Shown piece by piece: positions 46,694 through 57,558 of a stretch of DNA of 64,000 nt. A program made the translations under genes and the position numbers. This stretch comes from Parcubacteria group bacterium (GTDB lineage Bacteria; Patescibacteriota; Minisyncoccia; UBA10092). Below the pieces are notes generated by a model. It was not told the origin of the DNA and did no database searches. It saw only the letters and a program-made list of their open reading frames with translations. How positions within the stretch are numbered: position 1 is the stretch's first letter; every line of letters starts with the position of its first letter. The DNA lies in assembly GCA_016186325.1 (NCBI GenBank), contig JACPLW010000010.1:22856-86855 (forward strand), written 5' to 3'.

Positions 46694-47705
46694 ATCAAAA
46701 AAATATAAAAAGGAAATGCCGGAATTGCGCCAGGACATTGTTTCCGGCGATTGGATACTGGTAGCTCCGGCAAGGGCGCGCCGCCCCGAATTTGTTGTTA
46801 AAAAAACCGAAGAGCGCCAACTACCGAAAGGCGAGTGCCCATTTGACGATCCTCAAAAATTCGGCAACAAGCCGCCAGTTTTGGTTTATCAAAATAAAAC
46901 CGGCACCGACTGGTTTTTACAGGTAATACCCAATAAATATCCGGCGGTTGAATCAGGCAGTTGCGGTCCTGCCAAAAAAACCGGAGTTTACAGCGTACGC
47001 GAAGGCCGGGGCGCCCACGAAGTGATTATTCTTCGCGATCATAATAAACATATCAGCGAATATAAAAAAGAAGATTTAAAATTATTATTTAACGCTTATA
47101 AAGACAGATATAAAACACTTAGTAACGACAAATGCATTGAATATATTTCAATTTTTCACAACTACGGTAAAGAAGCCGGCGCTTCCGTTCCGCATACTCA
47201 TTCCCAGATTTTGGCATTGCCGATTGTGCCGCCGGATATTTCAAGAAGCATTCGGGGTTCGCATGATTTTTTTCATCAGCATAATAAATGCGTCCATTGT
47301 TTTATGATTGAATACGAATTAAAAGACAAAAAATGGATTGTTTTTGAAAATAAAAGCGCGGTTGTTTTGGCTCCCTTTGCTTCGCGTTCTAATTTTGAAT
47401 TGAGAATTTTTCCGAAAAAACATGAAGCGTTTTTTGAACGCGTTGACGGTGACGGCGGAGAACTCTTAGACATAGCCGAAGCGCTTCACGAGGCGCTTGT
47501 TAAAATTCATAAAAATCTTAAAAATCCATCATTTAACTTTTTTCTTCATACGGCTCCCACCATTAAAAATTTAGATTACAACCATTACCATTGGCATTTG
47601 GAAATTCTGCCCAAAACCTCGGTTTTCGGGGGCTTTGATATCGGTACCGGGGTTGATATTATTACGGTGGCGCCGGAAACAGCCGCTAAGATTTTTAGAA
47701 AATAA
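46683..47705 (+). CDS. galT: Galactose-1-phosphate uridylyltransferase-like protein
   Basis: ELRQD, RARRP, CPF, VIPNKYPA, GASVPHTHSQ, HWHLEI. Confidence 0.9.
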   Translation: MPTKSKKYKKEMPELRQDIVSGDWILVAPARARRPEFVVKKTEERQLPKGECPFDDPQKFGNKPPVLVYQNKTGTDWFLQVIPNKYPAVESGSCGPAKKTGVYSVREGRGAHEVIILRDHNKHISEYKKEDLKLLFNAYKDRYKTLSNDKCIEYISIFHNYGKEAGASVPHTHSQILALPIVPPDISRSIRGSHDFFHQHNKCVHCFMIEYELKDKKWIVFENKSAVVLAPFASRSNFELRIFPKKHEAFFERVDGDGGELLDIAEALHEALVKIHKNLKNPSFNFFLHTAPTIKNLDYNHYHWHLEILPKTSVFGGFDIGTGVDIITVAPETAAKIFRK

Positions 47706-48353
47706 ATGGAATTATTTTTTGGTTTTGATCTTGTCACATTCATCAAGGGGGCGGGCTATCTTGGTCTTTTAGGAATTATTTTTGCCGAATCCGGGCTTCT
47801 TATCGGCTTTTTTCTTCCGGGCGATTCCTTGCTTTTTACCGCTGGATTTTTGGCGTCGCAAGGTTATTTCAATATTATCATCCTTATAATCTTATGTTTT
47901 ATAGGGGCGGTCTTAGGCGATAGTTTTGGTTACGCTTTCGGTAAAAAAACTGGGCCGAAATTATTCAAAAGGGAAGATTCGCTGATATTTAAAAAAAGCC
48001 ATCTTGAAAGAGCCAGGATATTTTATGAAACACACGGCGGAAAAACTATCATTTTAGCCCGGTTTATGCCGGTAATCAGAACATTTGCTCCGATTATTGC
48101 CGGCGTTGGAGTTATGAGATATTCTGTTTTTTTGTTTTATAATGTCATTGGGGCGGCCTTATGGGCCGTGGGATTGCCGCTAATCGGTTATTTTTTGGGT
48201 AATGCCATACCCGATGTTGATAAGTATATAATACCAATTGTTATTATGATTATTATTGCTTCTATTGCTCCGCCAATAGTACATATATTGAAAAGCGAAG
48301 AACATAGAAAAGAAATAAAAAAATATTTAAATAATGTATTAGGTAAAAAATAA
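47706..48353 (+). CDS. DedA family membrane protein
   Basis: FAESGLLIGFFLPGDSLLF, ARFMPVIRTF. Confidence 0.93.
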   Translation: MELFFGFDLVTFIKGAGYLGLLGIIFAESGLLIGFFLPGDSLLFTAGFLASQGYFNIIILIILCFIGAVLGDSFGYAFGKKTGPKLFKREDSLIFKKSHLERARIFYETHGGKTIILARFMPVIRTFAPIIAGVGVMRYSVFLFYNVIGAALWAVGLPLIGYFLGNAIPDVDKYIIPIVIMIIIASIAPPIVHILKSEEHRKEIKKYLNNVLGKK

Positions 48354-48363
48354 ATCTAAAAAT

Positions 48364-49116
48364 GTGAACAACAAAATAATAATTGCCAATTGGAAAATGA
48401 ACCCCTCTTCTCAAGAAGAAGCCATTCGATTGGTTAGGGGTATTTTAGCTAAAACGCTTCCGAAAGACGCTGAACTTGTAATTGCGCCGCCGTTTACATA
48501 TCTCGATGCGGTAAAAAAACTAATCGGAAAAGAAGTTAAGCTCTGCGCCCAAGATCTCGCTTGGGCGCAACGCGGCGCTTATACCGGCGAAATTTCCGGA
48601 TTAATGCTTAAGAATCTCGGATGCGAATACGTGATTATAGGGCATTCGGAAAGGCGTTATAAAATCGGAGAGACCGACGAAGTGGTTAATGCAAAATTGA
48701 AAGCCGCTTTAAGTGCCGGGTTAAAACCTGTTTTAGCTGTCGGAGAGAAGGAACAGGGTGAAGATATAATAAAGACTCTTTCCGGCCAGCTAAAAAACTC
48801 ATTAAATGGAATTGAGGCGGGAGATCTTGACCGTTTAGTCATTGCTTATGAGCCAGTCTGGGCTATAGGCACCGGAGTGCCCGATACGCCGGATCACGCG
48901 CTTTCCGCAGCGCTTTTAATAAGAAAAATAATTACCGGCATATACAGTTCCGATTGGGCAAGCGATCTTCCTATACTTTATGGCGGATCGGTTACAGCGG
49001 AAAATGCCCATGAATACATCGGGCAGACCGGCATAAATGGCGCGCTGATTGGAAGCGCTTCTTTAGAGCTTGAGAATTTTTTAAAAATCATTAAATCAGC
49101 GGAAGCCAATGGGTAG
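48364..49116 (+). CDS. tpiA: Triosephosphate isomerase
   Basis: ANWKMN, GHSERR, AYEPVWAIGTG, LYGGSV. Confidence 0.97.
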   Translation: MNNKIIIANWKMNPSSQEEAIRLVRGILAKTLPKDAELVIAPPFTYLDAVKKLIGKEVKLCAQDLAWAQRGAYTGEISGLMLKNLGCEYVIIGHSERRYKIGETDEVVNAKLKAALSAGLKPVLAVGEKEQGEDIIKTLSGQLKNSLNGIEAGDLDRLVIAYEPVWAIGTGVPDTPDHALSAALLIRKIITGIYSSDWASDLPILYGGSVTAENAHEYIGQTGINGALIGSASLELENFLKIIKSAEANG

Positions 49117-50128
49117 AATTATTTTTTATACCGGTTTAGTAATAGCGGCATTTTTTTTGATTTTTGTTTTTATTTTTTGGTGGCAGATAAGAACGCCTCT
49201 TGACTCTTCCGGGGAAATTTTAATTTTTAAGGTTGAAAAAGGGGATTCGGCCAAAACTGTCGCTGTAAATCTTAAAAAATCCGAGCTTATCAAAAGTTCT
49301 TTTGTCTTTCGTCTTTATGTTTTTTTATCGCTTGGCCAGTATAGTTTAAAACCCGGCGAATATGAGATTTCTCCTAAGATGCCGATTCGGGATATTGCCG
49401 ATACCATGGTTTTGGGAGGTGTTAATGAGGTTTTGCTGACAATTCCCGAAGGTTTCAGTTTAAAACAAATTGAAGATCGGCTTGTCGCGGCAAAACTTGC
49501 CAAGCCTGGCGAGATTGTCTCCCTTCGGGAGATCCCCCATAGGGGGATAAATTCCCAATTTACCGAAAACATTCCCCCAATACTTTCCGGTAAACCAAAA
49601 TATGCTTCTTTAGAAGGATATTTATTTCCCGATACTTACCGTTTTTTCAAGGACGCTTCGTTGTCGGATATTGTAAGTAAAATGGTAGCAAATTTGGATT
49701 CTAAAATTACTCCGAACTTAAAAACTGCCATGGCTGATTCCGGCCGCAACACTTACGAAATTCTTACAGTAGCTTCTCTTATTGAAAAAGAAGTAAAAAG
49801 CGATGCCGACATGGAAGTTGTTTCCGGAATTTTATGGAAGAGGCTTAGAGCCGGCATTCCGCTTCAAGTCGATGCTACCTTAATTTATATTACTGGCCGG
49901 CGCGATATATACGAATCTGACAAAAAGATTAATTCTCCGTATAATACCTACTTTTATCGGGGATTGCCTAAGGGGCCGATTGCCAGCCCCGGGTTAAGCG
50001 CGATTAAAGCCGCCGTTTTTCCAAAAACCAGCCCTTATCTGTATTATCTCTCGGCTAAAGACGGTAAAACAATTTTTTCAATAACGCTCGACGAGCATAA
50101 TCGCAACAAGGCGATTTACTTGAAATAA
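49109..50128 (+). CDS. mltG: Endolytic transglycosylase MltG
   Basis: IPEG, LEGYLFPDTY, ASLIEKE, LQVDAT, SPYNTY...GLP. Confidence 0.95.
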   Translation: MGRIIFYTGLVIAAFFLIFVFIFWWQIRTPLDSSGEILIFKVEKGDSAKTVAVNLKKSELIKSSFVFRLYVFLSLGQYSLKPGEYEISPKMPIRDIADTMVLGGVNEVLLTIPEGFSLKQIEDRLVAAKLAKPGEIVSLREIPHRGINSQFTENIPPILSGKPKYASLEGYLFPDTYRFFKDASLSDIVSKMVANLDSKITPNLKTAMADSGRNTYEILTVASLIEKEVKSDADMEVVSGILWKRLRAGIPLQVDATLIYITGRRDIYESDKKINSPYNTYFYRGLPKGPIASPGLSAIKAAVFPKTSPYLYYLSAKDGKTIFSITLDEHNRNKAIYLK

Positions 50129-50272
50129 CTACTATTGATTCTGAGAATCAATAGTAGGCGCGCTTAAATGAGTCATATTTTTGTAGCTATAGCGAATATT
50201 GACATTTAAGTAATAACTTGTTACCATTTTATGGTAAAAAGAGAGACTTTCTGACAAACAGGAGAGGAAGAA

Positions 50273-50512
50273 ATGCAGGTTGTCGTGGAGGTTGATGACG
50301 AATTAATGTCTAATTTAAAGAAGCTTTCTGGTTTTCACAATGACCATTTGCTCTTTCAATTTTGCCTAAAAGTTGGCGAGCGTGTTCTTAAGACGCTTGC
50401 ACGAGGCGATACTGTATTAATTGAAGTGGCAAATGGGAAGCGGCGATGTGTTGAAATAGATTTTAAGAATCTGCTTACTCAGTATGATACTAATGATGAA
50501 AAGAGGAGATAG
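50273..50512 (+). CDS. Small hypothetical protein (RHH/antitoxin-like N-terminus)
   Basis: SD GGAGAGG, MQVVVEVDDELM, TTGACA promoter upstream. Confidence 0.55.
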   Translation: MQVVVEVDDELMSNLKKLSGFHNDHLLFQFCLKVGERVLKTLARGDTVLIEVANGKRRCVEIDFKNLLTQYDTNDEKRR

Positions 50513-50536
50513 TTAGTAGGAATGGCGCTGACAAAT

Positions 50537-50611
50537 TTAACAACACCGAGCCTGAAAGGGCTCGGTGGTTTTTGTTTTTACCCTCCTTCACCCACACTTC
50601 GCTAAAGCTTC
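50537..50611 (+). repeat. 75-bp direct repeat copy 1 (terminator plus family C palindrome start)
   Basis: Near identical to 51373-51447. Confidence 0.85.
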
Positions 50612-50907
50612 GGAAAATAATTTATTTATTTTTTTAGTTCAAGGACAAATAAATTAACTAAATATGGCTTTTGAAAGCCATATTTAGTTACTATTAAGAA
50701 CTATTGCTTTTTTATTTAAATTATGGTATAATTAAATTAGTAAAAATAAGCTCCTTATTAATATCACAAAGTGATTGTTCTAAGTATTACTGCAAGACAA
50801 AAGACAAATTATTAGCTTGGTACCGTGTAGTATTTAGAACCATCGCTTTGTGAAACCATAAACGCCAAAACCCAAGTCGCCGCTCTAAGCGGCAAGGAGG
50901 AGAAGAA

Positions 50908-51354
50908 ATGAAGATTGATGTGACCTATGTCATCACCGTCGTTGACCTTGGCGAAGATGATGGACTAGATGGTCGCTTCGTCGTTAAGGGTTTGCCAACC
51001 AGACATATTTCAATGTTCTGGAAAAAGGTTATGAGTATTCGAGCTTGCTTTCCTAGGCCGCCAAAGAAAGGCGCGCGTGAGGATGGCCGTCTACGTATCG
51101 ATTTTCTTATTCCATATGATTACGAGGAATTCTTGATAGCCAATGAGAAGATTCTTAGAATCATCAAGCGTCTTATGCCGGACGCGAAGGTTCACTATCG
51201 TCAGCTTAGTTGTTCTGGCTTTCATATGGCTGACGAAGATTATGATCCATATTATGATCTAGATGACGAGATGCTTCTCGTTGGGGCTTTTACTGAAGAG
51301 GAGCGAGATTGCCTACCGCGCTATCAGCGAGCCGAAATTCTCGGTATCCGGTGA
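50908..51354 (+). CDS. Hypothetical protein
   Basis: SD GGGAGG, upstream TTGCTT/TATAAT promoter and structured leader, downstream terminator. Confidence 0.65.
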   Translation: MKIDVTYVITVVDLGEDDGLDGRFVVKGLPTRHISMFWKKVMSIRACFPRPPKKGAREDGRLRIDFLIPYDYEEFLIANEKILRIIKRLMPDAKVHYRQLSCSGFHMADEDYDPYYDLDDEMLLVGAFTEEERDCLPRYQRAEILGIR

Positions 51355-51372
51355 CGGTAATACCAATCAAGC

Positions 51373-51447
51373 TTAACAACACCGAGTTCGAAAGGGCTCG
51401 GTGGTTTTTGTTTTTACCCTCCTTCGTCCACACTTCGCTAAAGCTTC
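51373..51447 (+). repeat. 75-bp direct repeat copy 2
   Basis: Near identical to 50537-50611. Confidence 0.85.
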
Positions 51448-51481
51448 AAGTGGCACAATAAGGCTTCGGACGGGCAAGTAA

Positions 51482-53524
<2,043 letters not shown>

Positions 53525-53528
53525 AGCT

Positions 53529-53828
53529 ATGGCGCTTACCAAAAAAGAAGTTGAAAAAATAGCCGAACTGGCCCGATTAGGGATAAGCGAAGAAGAAAAA
53601 GAAAAATTCGCCGAGGATTTATCTTTGGTTTTAAGTTACGTTGATAAGCTGTCGGAAGTGAATGTTGAAAAAGTTGAGCCGGTGACCGGCGGCACGAGTT
53701 TGGAAAGTATTGTCCGAAAAGATGACGAGTCAAAAGATATTGCAGGTGATGAAATGAAAGTGGATATTTTAAATGCTGCGCCGGACAAAGAAAACGGCTA
53801 TTTCAAAGTGCCTTCAATACTTAAATGA
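53529..53828 (+). CDS. gatC: Asp/Glu-tRNA amidotransferase subunit C
   Basis: IAELARL, NAP....YFKVP. Confidence 0.93.
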   Translation: MALTKKEVEKIAELARLGISEEEKEKFAEDLSLVLSYVDKLSEVNVEKVEPVTGGTSLESIVRKDDESKDIAGDEMKVDILNAAPDKENGYFKVPSILK

Positions 53829-55303
53829 ATTTAAAAGAACTTACCATAAAACAAACGCATGAACTTCTGCAAAATCAAGAAGCAAGTTCGGTTGAATTGA
53901 CGAAAGAATTTCTTAAAAATATTAAGGAAAAAGATGGCGATATTCATGCCTTTTTATCATTAACAGAAGAAACAGCTTTAGAAACAGCTAAGAAGGTTGA
54001 CGATAGAATTTCAAAAGGAGAACCGATTGAAATGCTCGCCGGAATTCCGGCGGCGATAAAAGATAATATTTGCATTCGAGGCGGAAAAACTACCGCCGCT
54101 TCGAAAATTCTTGAAAATTATATCGCGCCTTATGATGCGACCGTTATTAAAAAACTGAAAGAAGAAGAGGCGGTATTTATTGGTAAAACAAACTTAGATG
54201 AATTTGCCATGGGTTCTTCAACCGAAAATTCCGGATTCGGACCGACAAAAAACCCGGTTGATACAGACAGAGTTCCCGGAGGTTCTTCCGGCGGTTCGGT
54301 GGCGGCGGTTAAGGCCGGCTTTTCTGTTTACGCCTTGGGTTCTGATACCGGCGGCTCCATTCGCCAGCCGGCCAGTTTTTGCGGCGTCGTCGGTTTCAAG
54401 CCGACTTACGGCGCCGTTTCTCGGCACGGTCTTATCGCTTTGGCCTCCTCGCTTGACCAGATTGGCCCGATTACTAAAAATGTTGAAGATGCCGCGATTG
54501 TTTTTGAAACGATACGCGGCGGCGATGAACTTGATTCAACCAGTTCGCCTAATGATTGGCAGGATTTTAATAATTCAATTCCGGATATTGAAGAACTGAA
54601 AATCGGGGTGCCGCGCGAATATTTTACTCACGGTTTAGATAAAGAAATCGAGAAAAATATCAGGGGTGTTATTTCTAAATTAGAAAAAGAAGGCGCTAAA
54701 ATAGAAGAAATATCTTTGCCTTACAGCGATTTCGCGTTGGCAGCCTATTATATTATTATGCCGGCCGAAGCTTCGGCGAATCTAGCGAGATACGACGGAA
54801 TGAAATACGGACTTTCCACTATCCAAATACCAAATACTAAATACCAGATACAAAATTTGTCCGATGTTTATCTAGATACAAGAGGAAAAGGTTTTGGTGC
54901 CGAAGTAAGAAGAAGAATCATGCTTGGAACATATATTTTATCTCATGGTTATTACGACGCTTATTACAAAAGAGCTCAAAAAGTGAGGCGGCTTATTAAA
55001 AACGAATTTGACCATGTTTTTAATCCGTCGGCCGACGGAGTTGATGTTATTTTAACGCCAACCTCGCCGACAACGGCTTTTAAATTCGGGGAAAAAACTC
55101 AAGACCCATTATCTATGTATTTGGCGGATATTTATACCGTTTCGGTTAATTTGGCGGGCGTTCCGGCAATTTCGTTGCCTTCGGGCGAAGTAAACGGCCT
55201 TCCTGTAGGATTACAGCTTATCGGCAAAAATTTTGAAGATGTAAAATTGCTTAGAATCGCAAAACTTATTGAAACAATTATTAACGAAAAATCTCATGTC
55301 TGA
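53825..55303 (+). CDS. gatA: Asp/Glu-tRNA amidotransferase subunit A
   Basis: KTNLDEFAMGSSTE, PGGSSGGS, GSDTGGSIRQPA, RRIMLGTY. Confidence 0.97.
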   Translation: MNLKELTIKQTHELLQNQEASSVELTKEFLKNIKEKDGDIHAFLSLTEETALETAKKVDDRISKGEPIEMLAGIPAAIKDNICIRGGKTTAASKILENYIAPYDATVIKKLKEEEAVFIGKTNLDEFAMGSSTENSGFGPTKNPVDTDRVPGGSSGGSVAAVKAGFSVYALGSDTGGSIRQPASFCGVVGFKPTYGAVSRHGLIALASSLDQIGPITKNVEDAAIVFETIRGGDELDSTSSPNDWQDFNNSIPDIEELKIGVPREYFTHGLDKEIEKNIRGVISKLEKEGAKIEEISLPYSDFALAAYYIIMPAEASANLARYDGMKYGLSTIQIPNTKYQIQNLSDVYLDTRGKGFGAEVRRRIMLGTYILSHGYYDAYYKRAQKVRRLIKNEFDHVFNPSADGVDVILTPTSPTTAFKFGEKTQDPLSMYLADIYTVSVNLAGVPAISLPSGEVNGLPVGLQLIGKNFEDVKLLRIAKLIETIINEKSHV

Positions 55304-55829
55304 TCAAGTTTTATATATAATAAACTATTTAAGCTCATATATTGTTTGGATTAGCGGTACTTCAGCTGTTTCTAATTTAAAATGGCTTGGTGGAGCGCTG
55401 TCTTTAATTTTCATCGGTCTCATAGCGCTTCTGATTATGAAGCTTCAGATTATAGACGGTTTATTTAAAACCGCGGGTAATTTTTTATTAACCAACGCTT
55501 TTCCTAAAAGGCATCTTAATAAATCCTGGCAAAAAATTCTGGCGCGGCTTAATAAAAACGACGAGGCTAATTTACGGCTGGCCTTAATTGAAGCCGATAA
55601 CATATTTGACGATTTGTTAAAACAAATGCGGCTTCCCGGCGAATCAATGGCCGACAGGTTAAAGTACATTGATTCTTCACAGGTTTCTAACATTGACGAA
55701 ATTTGGCGCGCTCATAAGCTAAGAAACGTCATTGTTCACAATGCCGAATATCCAGTTACCAGAAATGAAATGGAATTCGGAGTCGGCGCTTATCAGAGAG
55801 CATTAAAAGAATTAGAGTTTATTGATTAG
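55296..55829 (+). CDS. Conserved CPR hypothetical membrane protein
   Basis: TM helix, ALIEAD, GESMADRL, AHKLRN.IVH. Confidence 0.75.
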   Translation: MSDQVLYIINYLSSYIVWISGTSAVSNLKWLGGALSLIFIGLIALLIMKLQIIDGLFKTAGNFLLTNAFPKRHLNKSWQKILARLNKNDEANLRLALIEADNIFDDLLKQMRLPGESMADRLKYIDSSQVSNIDEIWRAHKLRNVIVHNAEYPVTRNEMEFGVGAYQRALKELEFID

Positions 55830-56082
55830 AAAACACTTCTTACAATCTACGCACTTTATGCCGATCGGAAATAACTGCGTAGATTTTTTATGACTTTTTT
55901 GAATTTTTTAAGTTTAATTAGCGGGGAGCAGTGGACAACGTTAGAATCTGTTTTTAGACTATTACTGTTAAGTTGTTTATACCAAAACTATCACTTAACA
56001 CCTTTCTTATAAAATGAAAAAGCGGGCGAGATTATCGCACCGCTTGTTATGTGTTCTTTTTTCTTATAAATCAAGAAGCCAT

Positions 56083-56391
56083 TTACCAGTATTTTGGGGA
56101 ATACTTTACTTCATCTGGAATCGGGTTTACAAATACCCGTTCAACTGCCCGATAGAAAAACCACAGAGGCCACAAAGGAACTGCCCAACGCCTAATTTGT
56201 ATAAATATTAATGTTCTGTTCAGAAAGTCGCGATGCGCTTTAATTGTCTCAACATTTTTAGCAAATGCCAGCTCATCATCGCATCGGTTTATTTCTCGTT
56301 GCGTCATCCAACGCGAATGCAGTCTTCTAACCGTCCTGGTAGCTTGAGATGCATTAAACACACAATCAAGCCAAGGATCGTACATACCCAT
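56083..56391 (-). CDS. Hypothetical protein
   Basis: SD GGAGG before ATG; TTGACA..TATACT promoter upstream. Confidence 0.55.
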   Translation of the reverse strand: MGMYDPWLDCVFNASQATRTVRRLHSRWMTQREINRCDDELAFAKNVETIKAHRDFLNRTLIFIQIRRWAVPLWPLWFFYRAVERVFVNPIPDEVKYSPKYW

Positions 56392-56507
56392 GTCGACCTC
56401 CGTTTGAATTTTTAATGTACATTATCAGATTGAGCCCCAGCCATCTGCTATAATGGCAGGCGCCAATTGGATAAGTATATACCATATAATAAAAATCCTG
56501 TCAAATC

Positions 56508-56569
56508 TGCGGGCCGGACGGGATTTGAACCCGCGATCTCTGTCGTGACAGGGCAGCGCTTTGAACCGC
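56508..56569 (-). pseudogene. 5'-truncated tRNA-Asp(GTC)
   Basis: Anticodon loop CTGTCAC, T arm and 3' acceptor present; 5' acceptor strand missing, anticodon-stem mismatch. Confidence 0.75.
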
Positions 56570-56572
56570 ATA

Positions 56573-56642
56573 ACCAGAAATGAAATGGAATTCGGAGTCG
56601 GCGCTTATCAGAGAGCGTTAAAAGAACTGGAGTTTATTGATT
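56573..56642 (+). repeat. 70-bp duplicate of the 3' end of the 55296-55829 gene
   Basis: Matches 55758-55827 with three synonymous differences. Confidence 0.9.
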
Positions 56643-56713
56643 GACATATTTATTTAGTGTTTGTTATTATACTTTTCACTACAATTTTTATTATGCCCTG
56701 AGGGAGTCGGGAA

Positions 56714-56929
56714 ATGGCAGCAGGCGAGATATTTGAAAATCTAAAAGAATTCTCATCTAAAGAAAATAAAGTAGTTTTTAAAAATCCATTCTTTCTGTTC
56801 AGAGGCGAATCAAAAGATGAAGCACCGGAAGAAGTTCTTATTACAACACATGCTATCGAAGGAAATTACGGCGAGGTTGTAAGTGCTAATGACGTGGCTA
56901 CTTTTATAGCCGATCTATTGAATAGATAG
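56714..56929 (+). CDS. Small hypothetical protein
   Basis: TTGACA..TATTAT promoter, SD GGGAG. Confidence 0.5.
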   Translation: MAAGEIFENLKEFSSKENKVVFKNPFFLFRGESKDEAPEEVLITTHAIEGNYGEVVSANDVATFIADLLNR

Positions 56930-57014
56930 AGCTTGGAAAAATAAAAAAAATTAAGCGCATCCAATAAATAACTATATTTATTGGATTTTTTATTGATTGT
57001 GAGAATCTTTTGTG

Positions 57015-57089
57015 CGCGGGCGACCGGATTCGAACCGGCGATCTCCTCCTTGACAAGGAGGCGCTTTAAGCCAACTAAGCTACGCCCGC
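57015..57089 (-). tRNA. tRNA-Asp(GTC)
   Basis: Acceptor GCGGGCG/CGCCCGC, anticodon arm CCTCC-TTGTCAA-GGAGG. Confidence 0.94.
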
Positions 57090-57092
57090 AAA

Positions 57093-57164
57093 TGCCGATG
57101 GCAGGAATCGAACCTGCGACGTTCGCTTTATGAGGGCGACGTTCTACCACTGAACTACATCGGC
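57093..57164 (-). tRNA. tRNA-CAT (elongator Met or Ile2)
   Basis: Acceptor GCCGATG/CATCGGC, loop CTCATAA. Confidence 0.88.
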
Positions 57165-57206
57165 TTTTAATTTGACCATTCTACCAGAATTAACGTATAA
57201 TTTCAA

Positions 57207-57280
57207 CGCGGGGTAGAGCAGTCTGGTAGCTCGCGAGGCTCATAACCTTGAGGTCGTTGGTTCAAATCCAACCCCCGCAA
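57207..57280 (+). tRNA. Initiator tRNA-fMet(CAT)
   Basis: CGCGGGG start with C1:A72 mismatch, loop CTCATAA. Confidence 0.93.
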
Positions 57281-57351
57281 CACTTCGACTCGCTTCGCTC
57301 GCTCAGTGCAGGCAAGTTGCTTTTTTCGTAAAAATTTGATAAAATAAGCGC

Positions 57352-57558
57352 ATGCTTTTAGGCACAAGACACGCTTATTTAATAGCCCTTATTTTTTCAA
57401 GCGTTCTGGCCTGGTCTTCTTTTTTTGGCATTGTTTTTTTTACCAATCCCGCCGATGCCGGTGTTCTCGGAGTTTTGACCTTGTATGTTAGTCTTGGCAT
57501 CGGATTGGGCAGTTTCGGACTCATTATATGGCAACTGATAAATCGGAAGAAAAATTAA
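57352..57558 (+). CDS. Small two-TM membrane protein
   Basis: Two hydrophobic helices around TNP; -10 box directly upstream. Confidence 0.6.
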   Translation: MLLGTRHAYLIALIFSSVLAWSSFFGIVFFTNPADAGVLGVLTLYVSLGIGLGSFGLIIWQLINRKKN

